Of a DNA stretch of 57,880 bases, positions 39,547 through 48,352 are shown piece after piece (position 1 is the stretch's first letter; the number at the start of each line of letters is the position of its first letter). Under the pieces are notes generated by a model. It ran no database searches. It saw only the letters and a list, made by a program, of their open reading frames with translations, and was not told where the DNA came from. Both the position numbers and the translations under genes were made by a program. Source of the DNA: Alphaproteobacteria bacterium (GTDB lineage Bacteria; Pseudomonadota; Alphaproteobacteria; JAJTHO01; CANGYM01); NCBI GenBank assembly GCA_947458235.1, contig CANGYP010000002.1, forward strand, positions 1 through 57,880, written 5' to 3'.

Positions 39547-41928
39547 ATGTTACAGAGGATCTGTCTTTTTTGGGTTATCGTATTGGCCAACAGTATTCCT
39601 ATAAAGATGGATTTTATGGCAGAGTTGGAATCTTTGGCGAGGGGGGTTAAAATTTTTATTCCCCTGACTCGGTCCCCAGAAAAAATAGATTTTTACCGTA
39701 CATTGCTAGAAAATGTTGGTGTTTTGCTTATACCGGCTGAGGCTTTTGTTGATCGAACAGCGACTCCCAAAGAACTTGATCACACGCGTGCCAAGAATAT
39801 TCTTGGCAAAACTGAGGAGATGAAAGCTGTTGCGCAAGGGCTTGCCAATAATGAATCAGGTTTTTTTGCCATGTTGTTTTACCATCTGGGCTATGTGCAG
39901 GATGGGAAATCTTTGGAAGATGTGGAAACAGCATTAAGGGGCTATATTAATGGCGAAAATAATAATGAATTCATTCCTGAGTTTATCAGGGAAGACTACC
40001 GTAGTGCCGCCGCCGATTTGTTTCAGCATCCAGAAGAGATTGTTTTTGCAGTTGATGATTCCAAGTTATCGATTGTGGCTGTTCGGTTCAGCACCATTTA
40101 TGGGATGGCCGAAAAGAAAAAAAAGAGTGTTTCTAAAGAACAAAACGCTGCGCAAGCGTTGGTGAAGCTTATTGATGAAAGCTGCGCTGTTATCGCCAAA
40201 AAAGCTTGGGATAAGCATATTGCTGAAAACTCGGGTGCGAATGAGAACAAAGAAGCATTTATTGCACACAAAAAGCAAAGTCTTTTAGATGCAATCAAAA
40301 AAGATGATAAAGATTTTCCCGGCGCAATGGCGTCGACGTTTTATGAGGTGGCTGGGGGCATTCCTGCTTTTTATACGTTGGTGTTTGAGGCACTGGCAAA
40401 GAATCAAAAAGCTCTTTTGCCTGTCGAAAGTGCCAGCACCATTAATGCCGTTCGGTTAAAACGTACTGACGAAGAATTGATCGTTGAGGAAGTGTTTACT
40501 GTTGATGGTTCACCAGTTTTACGTGGCAAAAGTAAAACCCCAGAATTTCTTAGGCATCCGGATACGGCTAGAGCTTTGTATCCTAATGAACCGGTTACTT
40601 TGCGTACTTGTGTTGTTTTGCCGAATCAAAATACTACGTTAATTGATGCAAATCCAAAACAACTTGGTGGATATGGCGGCCGTAAAGAGGCTTTAGGAAA
40701 AGGAGGCCTTCTTCCATCATCTAATACTTCCTGTATCCCGATTCATCAAGCGCAAATTCCTGTTGCGGTTATTTTTAGCACTGCCGAACAGTTAGAGAGT
40801 GCCAACAATCATCCTGTCGTTCAACAGTTGCAAGAGCAGGGACATCAGGTCACATACTACACGGCAGGGGCGTTGCTGCCTGAACTTGAAAGCCAAGGAA
40901 TTTTTGATCCCAGCCAGTTTGGCCATGACCATGGAGAGGCTTTTTACCAATCCGTCACGGGGAATGGTGTGTTTGTGTTACTGCCAGAAGAGCAGACACA
41001 AGATAATCTTGATATGGATACTTTAGAATTAGCTCTGATTATTAACACTATGATCGGGAAAGCCAATGCGGATACGGGCAAGCGAATCATACGGGTTGGC
41101 GGTGAAACACTTATTTATGAGGCCATAAAAAGAACCCAAGAAATCTGTTTGACCTCAAGTCCATTGTTATCGAGTTGTCGAACAACCCTTGAAGGTTTTG
41201 CTAAAACTTTTGAAGAGGTGATACAAAAATCTTCCATACGGCTTGGAGCAAGTCCGGCTGTTCGATACCCTAATCACAGTAGGCTTTCTAAGCAAGAACC
41301 CCCGTCGCCATGTGAGGAGCAATTTATTATTCTCAGCTTTTGTGGCAGTGCTGTATGTCAAGAACCAGAAACATTGGCGTTTTCTGAAGAGAGAATGCGC
41401 GGTATTCTTGATGCCGCCATCACACAGGCAAACCAAGACCATAAAAAAATCATTGTTGTCCATGGTGCAGGTCATGAGGGCCTGATGGGAATTTTTGATA
41501 AGGTTGCATCTGAATATCAAGAGAAAAACCCTGATTTGATTGCGGTTTTGGGTGCCACAACCCCAGAATTATTGGAAACAGAAGCCGAAGGCAAGCCGCC
41601 CACACGAGGTATTCTTTATAATATCCTTTATTTACAGCGCCTTGGAATCGTTACCGGGGCTCTGAACATGTGCGTTGGGCCTGGCGGTCTTGGGACTGTG
41701 CATGAAGTGTTGGAAGTTTTGCGCCTGGGAAAAAGTATTGAAAAAGAAGGAAGAAACATCCATATTGATCTTAGTCTTTTCAGAGATGAGGATCCCCTAA
41801 AGCCCCTCTTCGCCGCGATATGTGATAATTTTGGGCAGCCTGTTGCAACAAAACAAACATTTGTGCCACAATCTGTAGCACCAGAGGTGTTGCTCACATT
41901 GTTTAATCCCAGTGCAGTGCGCCATTGA
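39547..41928 (+). CDS. large hypothetical protein with C-terminal LOG/SLOG (TIGR00730-like) domain
   Basis: 793 aa. Residues ~592-730 carry the LOG-family motifs in order: SFCGSA, IIVVHGAGHEGLMG, AVLGATTPE, LQR, and CVGPGGLGTVHEVLEVL (PGGxGTxxE). I recognise nothing in the N-terminal ~590 aa. Sampled 60-nt lines give 38-42% GC versus 53-65% in the flanks. The start is uncertain (ATGs at 39547, 39607, 39616). Confidence 0.6.
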   Translation: MLQRICLFWVIVLANSIPIKMDFMAELESLARGVKIFIPLTRSPEKIDFYRTLLENVGVLLIPAEAFVDRTATPKELDHTRAKNILGKTEEMKAVAQGLANNESGFFAMLFYHLGYVQDGKSLEDVETALRGYINGENNNEFIPEFIREDYRSAAADLFQHPEEIVFAVDDSKLSIVAVRFSTIYGMAEKKKKSVSKEQNAAQALVKLIDESCAVIAKKAWDKHIAENSGANENKEAFIAHKKQSLLDAIKKDDKDFPGAMASTFYEVAGGIPAFYTLVFEALAKNQKALLPVESASTINAVRLKRTDEELIVEEVFTVDGSPVLRGKSKTPEFLRHPDTARALYPNEPVTLRTCVVLPNQNTTLIDANPKQLGGYGGRKEALGKGGLLPSSNTSCIPIHQAQIPVAVIFSTAEQLESANNHPVVQQLQEQGHQVTYYTAGALLPELESQGIFDPSQFGHDHGEAFYQSVTGNGVFVLLPEEQTQDNLDMDTLELALIINTMIGKANADTGKRIIRVGGETLIYEAIKRTQEICLTSSPLLSSCRTTLEGFAKTFEEVIQKSSIRLGASPAVRYPNHSRLSKQEPPSPCEEQFIILSFCGSAVCQEPETLAFSEERMRGILDAAITQANQDHKKIIVVHGAGHEGLMGIFDKVASEYQEKNPDLIAVLGATTPELLETEAEGKPPTRGILYNILYLQRLGIVTGALNMCVGPGGLGTVHEVLEVLRLGKSIEKEGRNIHIDLSLFRDEDPLKPLFAAICDNFGQPVATKQTFVPQSVAPEVLLTLFNPSAVRH

Positions 41929-41965
41929 CCGATCATAGCCGATTACCCACCCCCAAGGCCCCCTT

Positions 41966-43126
41966 ATGACGACCCACCCCCACCCTGTTGTGATGATTGT
42001 GGCGGCGGGGGATGGGACCCGTGCGGGATTGCCTGTGCCTAAGCAGTATTATGGGGATCCCTCGCCGCTGGGGCGGGTTTTGTCGGGTTTGTCCGCCCTG
42101 TATCCCACCATCGTGGTGCATGGGGCGCATCATGGGGTATGGATTGACCCCCTGAGGGCGCAATATCCCCATGTTCATTTTTGCGTGGGGGGGGCAACGC
42201 GGGCCGATTCGGTGGTGTGTGGGTTGAGGGTCATGGCGTCTGCGGATTTTCCCGCCGCCGCCCCCCATGTTCTGATTCATGATGCGGCGCGTCCGTCGGC
42301 CCCCCTATCTTTGTTTGCGCGGGTGGCGGCTTTGCTGGGGCAGGGTCATCAGGCCGTGTGTCCCGTTCTGCCCATCAGCGATACGGTCTGCCGCAGTGAT
42401 GGTCATATCTGGCAGGGGGCGCTGGATCGCGCGGGGATCTACCGCGTACAAACGCCGCAGGGGTTTGACCGCGCGGCCCTGCAGGATGCCTTTGAAAAAA
42501 CGGGCGATGCGGCCTTTACGGACGAGGGATCCCGCATGCACGCCGCTGGATACACGGTGCATGTTACAGACGGGGCCCCCGAAAACACGAAAATCACTAT
42601 GCCGGAGGATCTGATGCATCACACCCCCCCCCAACATCACCGCTGGGTCACTGGATCGGGATTTGATGTCCATGCCTTTGATCCCACCAAGCAAACCATC
42701 ACGCTGTGCGGGCTGTGTTTGCCGGCTTCGCAGGGGTTATCGGGGCATTCGGATGCGGATGTGGCGCTGCATGCCTTAACCGATGCTGTGCTGGGCACCA
42801 TGGCGCTGGGGGATATTGGCGAGCATTTCCCCCCCACGGACCCCGCGTGGCAGGGGGCGGATTCCACGCTCTTTTTGGGATTTGCCCTACAACAGTTGGC
42901 CCAGCATCAGGGGATTTTGGACCATATTGACCTCACCATCATCGGGGAAACCCCCAAAATTGCCCCCCATCGGGACCGCTATCGGGGCCGCTTAGCAGAC
43001 CTGTGCGCTCTGCCCCTGAATCGCGTCAGTGTGAAGGCCACCACCACGGAAAAACTGGGATTTTTGGGCCGTAAAGAAGGACTGGCCGCCCAAGCCACCG
43101 TCACCGTGCGCTTTTTGGGAGGGTGA
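41966..43126 (+). CDS. ispDF: bifunctional 2-C-methyl-D-erythritol 4-phosphate cytidylyltransferase / 2,4-cyclodiphosphate synthase
   Basis: 386 aa with an IspD N-terminal half (VAAGDGTRAG..PKQY, IHDAARP) and an IspF C-terminal half (GSGFDVHAF, SDADVALHALTDAVLG, GDIGEHFP). Confidence 0.9.
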   Translation: MTTHPHPVVMIVAAGDGTRAGLPVPKQYYGDPSPLGRVLSGLSALYPTIVVHGAHHGVWIDPLRAQYPHVHFCVGGATRADSVVCGLRVMASADFPAAAPHVLIHDAARPSAPLSLFARVAALLGQGHQAVCPVLPISDTVCRSDGHIWQGALDRAGIYRVQTPQGFDRAALQDAFEKTGDAAFTDEGSRMHAAGYTVHVTDGAPENTKITMPEDLMHHTPPQHHRWVTGSGFDVHAFDPTKQTITLCGLCLPASQGLSGHSDADVALHALTDAVLGTMALGDIGEHFPPTDPAWQGADSTLFLGFALQQLAQHQGILDHIDLTIIGETPKIAPHRDRYRGRLADLCALPLNRVSVKATTTEKLGFLGRKEGLAAQATVTVRFLGG

Positions 43127-43130
43127 GGGT

Positions 43131-43829
43131 ATGGTTGTGTTGCCTGCCCCCATCCCAGAGGCCGCCATTGCGGTGGAGGGTTTGTCTTTTTCCTACTCCC
43201 CCCTAGAGCCGCCGGTTTTAAAAGGGGTGTCCTTAACCGTCAATGCGGGGGATATTGTCATTATGACAGGGCCGTCAGGGTCGGGAAAATCCACATTTTT
43301 GACCATAGTGGGAGCCCTGCGTCACGCCACACAGGGGCGGGTGAGTGTTTTTGGCAAAAACCTGATTGGCGCATCACAGGATACCTTACTGGCCGTGCGG
43401 CGACAAACGGGGTATATTTTCCAAGCGCATAATTTGCTGGAATCCCTAACCGCCCTGCAAAACGTCAGCATGACGTTGGAGCTGGACGGGGATTTGCGGG
43501 AAACCGATCGCCGTGACTTGGCGGCGGATATGCTGGGGCGGGTGGGCCTGTCGGGGCATGAACACAAAAAACCGGGGGCGTTGTCGGGGGGACAACGGCA
43601 AAGGGTCTCCATCGCCCGCGCCCTCGTCGGCAAGCCCAAAATGGTTTTGGCGGATGAACCCACGGCGTCCCTAGACAAGGCCAGTGGTCAGGCGTGCGTA
43701 GAAATCCTGAAGGCTTTGGCGCTGGAAAATGGCACCACCATTTTTTTGGTGTCCCACGATTACCGCATTTTAAATCAAGCCCACCGTATTGTGGAACTGG
43801 AGGACGGCATCCTTCGCAATGCCCCTTAA
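43131..43829 (+). CDS. ABC transporter ATP-binding protein, DevA-like
   Basis: GPSGSGKSTFLTIVGALR Walker A, GYIFQAHNLLESLTALQNV, LSGGQRQRVSIARAL and VLADEPTASLD. This closely follows the DevA/MacB-type ATPase pattern. Confidence 0.8.
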   Translation: MVVLPAPIPEAAIAVEGLSFSYSPLEPPVLKGVSLTVNAGDIVIMTGPSGSGKSTFLTIVGALRHATQGRVSVFGKNLIGASQDTLLAVRRQTGYIFQAHNLLESLTALQNVSMTLELDGDLRETDRRDLAADMLGRVGLSGHEHKKPGALSGGQRQRVSIARALVGKPKMVLADEPTASLDKASGQACVEILKALALENGTTIFLVSHDYRILNQAHRIVELEDGILRNAP

Positions 43830-43869
43830 AAGCGGATAACGTGCCTGTGTCTGGCGCAAGCGTCCCGCC

Positions 43870-45042
43870 TTATCTTGGACCCCAAAAGGATTGTCGGGAT
43901 CCAAGCGTCGCCCGCCGAATTTCATCCCGTCGGTAAATGGCCACATTGCAGATCAAGCCAAATCCGATCATGGTGGTCAGCATCGACGTGCCCCCATAAG
44001 ACAACAAAGGAAAGGGAACACCCACCACTGGCACAAGGCCCGTAATCATCCCTAGATTGATAGAGACATGCATAAAAAACAGGCTGGTGATCCCCAAACA
44101 GAGCAGACGCCCAAATTGATTCCGGCAGGACAGGGCGATGCTATACCCATACCCCACCAAAATCAGGCACAAAGACAAGGCAAACACAGTCCCTATCAAG
44201 CCAAACTCTTCCGCAAAGACACTGAAAATAAAATCGGTGTGTCGCTCGGGAATAAAATCCAATCGGTTTTGAGATCCTTGGCCCCAGCCTTGGCCAAACA
44301 ATCCGCCAGCCCCAAAGGCAATTTTAGATTGCGTGATGTGATAGCCCGCCCCCAAGGGATCCCGAGACGGATCCAAAAACGTTAATACCCTCTGTTTTTG
44401 GTACCCATGCATGGCATAGCGCCAGCCGATCATCCCAATGAGCGGGGCCATCAACGCCGCCGTGATAAAAATCCACATGGGCACACCGCTAAGGAAAAAA
44501 ATAACCACACTAGAAAGAAAAATAATCCCCGCAGTCCCCAAATCAGGCTGTTCTGCCACCAAGAAAAACGGAATGGCAACCAACAACAACGCAATCATTA
44601 AAAAAGAAAAACGCTTTCTTTCCTCTGGAATCACCCCATGAAAATAACGGGACAAGGCCAGAATTAAACCGATCTTCATGGTTTCTGAGGGTTGCAGATG
44701 CATAAACCCCAGATTGATCCACCGCTGGGCCCCCATCCCCACATGCCCAATAAAAAAAACCACCACCAGCAGCACCACCATCCCCCCATAAACCCAATAG
44801 GCGTATTTCAACCATGTTTGCAGGGGCACCAACGTAACCGCCAGCAATAACGCAAAGGCAAGCATAAAGCGTAAAATCTGCTGTTTCGCCCAAGGATCAA
44901 AAGACATACCCGCCACAGAATAAAGCGTCATAACGCCGAGCAAAGCCAGCGTGCAGGAACATAACAGAATACCCGTGGGCAAGCGGCGCACGTGTCCCCG
45001 CACCATGGCAAGATACAAAGACAAACCGTGATTGTTAAACAT
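43870..45042 (-). CDS. rodA: peptidoglycan glycosyltransferase RodA (SEDS)
   Basis: 390 aa, ~10 TM helices, with SE..KI.L.L.L..Y and PE.HTDFIFSV..EE.G motifs. It lies immediately downstream of mrdA. Confidence 0.9.
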   Translation of the reverse strand: MFNNHGLSLYLAMVRGHVRRLPTGILLCSCTLALLGVMTLYSVAGMSFDPWAKQQILRFMLAFALLLAVTLVPLQTWLKYAYWVYGGMVVLLVVVFFIGHVGMGAQRWINLGFMHLQPSETMKIGLILALSRYFHGVIPEERKRFSFLMIALLLVAIPFFLVAEQPDLGTAGIIFLSSVVIFFLSGVPMWIFITAALMAPLIGMIGWRYAMHGYQKQRVLTFLDPSRDPLGAGYHITQSKIAFGAGGLFGQGWGQGSQNRLDFIPERHTDFIFSVFAEEFGLIGTVFALSLCLILVGYGYSIALSCRNQFGRLLCLGITSLFFMHVSINLGMITGLVPVVGVPFPLLSYGGTSMLTTMIGFGLICNVAIYRRDEIRRATLGSRQSFWGPR

Positions 45043-46840
45043 AGCCTAACTCATGCATTTTTAAAAAAATATCCTTGGTGACGGGGGCAGCAGCACGGGA
45101 TCCACTGCTGCCGTGTTCGATAATCACTGCACTGGCGTATTTTGGGCTATCTACAGGGGCAAAGGCGATGAACATACCATGATCGCGAAAGGGTCTGGGC
45201 AAATCCTCGTTTTTAATCCCCGCAGCACGCTGGGCCATGGAAATACGCCGCACCTGCGCTGTTCCCGTTTTGCCAGCATAGGCAAAGTCCATATCCACCA
45301 ACCGCTGCGCATAGGCCGTCCCCCCTGGAATATTCACCACATCACTCATGGCCTGGCGAACCAGTTTCAAATGTTCAGGGTGGATCCCAAGCGGGGCAAA
45401 GGCTTTGGGATGCTCGCGATGAAACAGTGTGGGATGCACGTTGGTGCCCGTGGCCAATCGGGCTGTCATCACCGCCAGTTGCAGGGGCGTGGTGAGTAAA
45501 TACCCCTGACCGATACCCGCAATAATGGTTTCTCCGGGAAACCAAACCTGATTTTTGGCCATTTGTTTCCAAGCAGGATCGGGAACAATACCAGCTTTTT
45601 CGCCGGAAAGTTCAATGTTTGTTTTGCTGCCCAGACCCACAAGACGGGCAAAGTCTGCCAGATTTTGAATTCCCATCCGACGCGTCATTTCATAAAAATA
45701 CACATCGCAGGATTTCACGATGGCATCGTGCCAATTCACGACACCATGGCCCTCTTTTTTCCAGCAGTGCACTTTGCGTCCGCCAAAAAAATAGTACCCT
45801 GGGCAAAAAACAGTCTGGTTGGGCTTGACGATATTGTTATGCAACAAGGCCAATCCTGTTAAGGTTTTAAAGGTTGAGGCTGGGGGATACAGACCTGCTA
45901 TGGGCTTGTTAATGAGGGGTTTGTCTGGATTTTGAGCCAGCTGTTGCCATGTGGCGTGATCCACCCCAGAGGTGAACACATTGGGGTCATAAGACGGGGC
46001 GGAAACCTGAACCAAAATTTCCCCTGTTCGCACATCCAGTACCACAACGGCCCCTGTTTCTAGGCCCATCCGTGCGTAGGCAAAGCGTTGCAGCTCTAAA
46101 TCGATGGACAATCTCTGGGTTTTTCCTTCAGCGGGGGATAGCCTCTTGATTTCCCGAATAATACGACCTGCCGCATTGATTTCGACATGTCGCTCCCCTG
46201 GATCTCCACGCAGATCCATATCTTTGTTTTCTTCGATGCCCAACTTTCCTGACTGGGCATCGGGTAGTTTTAAAAGAGGATCATTATTCTTGGCTTTGAT
46301 TTCTGCCTCGGACACGGGGGACACATACCCAAGAATATGGGCCAAAATAGGCCCATGGGGATAGGTCCGAAACATGCCTTCCTCGGATATCAGTCCAGAG
46401 ATTTCAGCACTTAAAAACTCAGCTTTGGACACATCCTGCCAAGAGACTTTTTTCTTAAAAAGCAAAGGGACAAATTTGGGGTTGCGGCGGGCTTGACGTA
46501 ACAAGGTTTTTTTTTCTTTGGCACTGATGGGAAAGTGCTGGCTTAAAAGGTCAATAACCGTCTCAAGGTTTTCAATGTGTTCTGGCATCAACATCAAGCG
46601 GTATTGCTGCTCATTGTGGGCCAGAATCTGGCCGTTGCGATCCACAATCCGACCACGCAAGGGGGAAAGCAGTTGCACGTTAACACGGTTGTCTTCGGCA
46701 ATTTCTTTGTATTTGAGGGCTTCATGGGCCTGCAATCGATACAATTGACCATACAAAACACCAAAGAATCCCAGTTTGACCGTGCCCAGCAAAAAGGCGC
46801 GTCTGGAAAAAACTTGGTATCGGTTATCTTCCAAAATCAT
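45035..46840 (-). CDS. mrdA: penicillin-binding protein 2
   Basis: TM anchor, then SxxK (ASTFKTLT), SxD (KSCDVYF) and KTG (GKTGTAQV). ATGA overlap with the mreD stop. Confidence 0.9.
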   Translation of the reverse strand: MILEDNRYQVFSRRAFLLGTVKLGFFGVLYGQLYRLQAHEALKYKEIAEDNRVNVQLLSPLRGRIVDRNGQILAHNEQQYRLMLMPEHIENLETVIDLLSQHFPISAKEKKTLLRQARRNPKFVPLLFKKKVSWQDVSKAEFLSAEISGLISEEGMFRTYPHGPILAHILGYVSPVSEAEIKAKNNDPLLKLPDAQSGKLGIEENKDMDLRGDPGERHVEINAAGRIIREIKRLSPAEGKTQRLSIDLELQRFAYARMGLETGAVVVLDVRTGEILVQVSAPSYDPNVFTSGVDHATWQQLAQNPDKPLINKPIAGLYPPASTFKTLTGLALLHNNIVKPNQTVFCPGYYFFGGRKVHCWKKEGHGVVNWHDAIVKSCDVYFYEMTRRMGIQNLADFARLVGLGSKTNIELSGEKAGIVPDPAWKQMAKNQVWFPGETIIAGIGQGYLLTTPLQLAVMTARLATGTNVHPTLFHREHPKAFAPLGIHPEHLKLVRQAMSDVVNIPGGTAYAQRLVDMDFAYAGKTGTAQVRRISMAQRAAGIKNEDLPRPFRDHGMFIAFAPVDSPKYASAVIIEHGSSGSRAAAPVTKDIFLKMHELGYV

Positions 46841-47346
46841 CGGTGTCTCGCGGGCCCATACAACAGGCAAAGTCCCACCATAAGGCCATTGGCAACACCC
46901 CAAGTGGCTAGGATATCAAGATACCCAGAGAAAGAGTCTTCCAAAAGACTTTGGACCAACCATTGACTTGTCAACCATAGACCAGACATAACGGCAAATC
47001 CAAAAATCAAATACGATCGGGGATGTTTTTGGTACAGCCTCGTGTGGCCAGACAAAACAATATAAAATGTCAGGCACAGAAGCGCGTTGGTGCCCAAGGG
47101 CGTTGCTGATCCCATGTCTTGGAAGAGCCCCAACCCCCAAACAAACCACGGGGGCAGAACGTGATGATGTTGCACAATCATCAAAAAAAAGATAAGGGCA
47201 TAAAACGCTTGCAACGAAATGGTCCAAGGCCCAATCTCAACAGAGAAAAAAAACAGAAACACAGACAGGGCCAGCAAAAGAGCCGGAAAAAACAATGTGG
47301 GCAATACCAACAAGGGATGGTGCGTACGGGAAGATAGAGAGACCAT
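46837..47346 (-). CDS. mreD: rod shape-determining protein MreD
   Basis: 169-aa polytopic membrane protein between mreC and mrdA. The call rests on position and hydrophobicity. Confidence 0.7.
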   Translation of the reverse strand: MVSLSSRTHHPLLVLPTLFFPALLLALSVFLFFFSVEIGPWTISLQAFYALIFFLMIVQHHHVLPPWFVWGLGLFQDMGSATPLGTNALLCLTFYIVLSGHTRLYQKHPRSYLIFGFAVMSGLWLTSQWLVQSLLEDSFSGYLDILATWGVANGLMVGLCLLYGPARHR

Positions 47347-47347
47347 A

Positions 47348-48169
47348 TCAATATAATACCTGCACAAAATCGATATCTTTGGGATGATAAAGGGGCACCG
47401 CCCATGTTCTGTCATCCTTAATCACAACCTTGGCCACGGGAATACCTGCGGGCAAGAATGTATCATCCCCAGTGGTGAGGAGAATCTCACCCTGCATAAA
47501 GGCTTTGTCGTGCGTGTATCGCATGTTCAGGACTTGGCCATTGGTGCCTTGTAAAAGGGCCGATTGGCGCGACATTTCCCCGATCACAGGAACGCGGGAG
47601 GCTTTATCTGTAATCAAGAGGACCTCGCCCCCCCTCGCGCTGACCGATAAAATGCGACCCACCATAGCATAACGGGCTGTGACAATATGCCTAGGGGCTA
47701 TCGCGGGATGCTTTTGGGTTTCAATCAGCATCCGCCTCGCAGAGGGGCCATAATTATATCGTCGGATACGTGTGGTGACAAAGGCATGGGGGGGACTGGG
47801 GAGGAAATGGACTTGCTCTTGAATCTGGTCTTGATGTTGCAAGGCCGCTTCCGCATGGCGAACCCGTTCCCGTAAACTCACAATGGTGGCTTTCAACTCT
47901 TGGTTAATTTGGTCGGCCTCGTAAAGATTTTTCCAATCCCCTACCAACCGTTGCCACCCCTGAACTTTGGCTTGCACGCCAGACAGGGTGTGATCGAGAG
48001 AGGCTTGATAAAGGGTCTTCAGGACGGTTGCGGGACGTAGGCTCTGTGTATCTATGACAAACAGGGCTATGGACACCACAAAGAACAGAAAATAGAGAAT
48101 GGGTGGTGCTGCCAGCGGGCCATGGACAGAATCAGAGAGATGAACTTTAAGGACGCTATTTTGCCGCAT
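47348..48169 (-). CDS. mreC: rod shape-determining protein MreC
   Basis: 273 aa with an N-terminal TM helix, a coiled coil (NQELKATIVSLRERV), and beta-rich C-terminal GIPVAKV / SRVPVIG motifs. Confidence 0.85.
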   Translation of the reverse strand: MRQNSVLKVHLSDSVHGPLAAPPILYFLFFVVSIALFVIDTQSLRPATVLKTLYQASLDHTLSGVQAKVQGWQRLVGDWKNLYEADQINQELKATIVSLRERVRHAEAALQHQDQIQEQVHFLPSPPHAFVTTRIRRYNYGPSARRMLIETQKHPAIAPRHIVTARYAMVGRILSVSARGGEVLLITDKASRVPVIGEMSRQSALLQGTNGQVLNMRYTHDKAFMQGEILLTTGDDTFLPAGIPVAKVVIKDDRTWAVPLYHPKDIDFVQVLY

Positions 48170-48251
48170 TTTTTATAAAGATTTTTTAACGGTGAAGGAT
48201 CATCTAAGACTACGCATACTAAAGGTCCGTTGTCTTAAAAAAAGATAAAAA

Positions 48252-48284
48252 ACACCCACCAGAATGTTTCAGGTGGGTGTTTTT
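48252..48284 (-). terminator. rho-independent terminator after clpA (bidirectional hairpin)
   Basis: ACACCCACC-N11-GGTGGGTGT is flanked by A-runs and T-runs on both sides, ~70 nt downstream of the clpA stop. Confidence 0.65.
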
Positions 48285-48352
48285 AAAACACTGATGTTTT
48301 TTTATCACGCCCTAAGATGGTGCGTACCCCCCCCCATCGCGCGGGCCATGCG

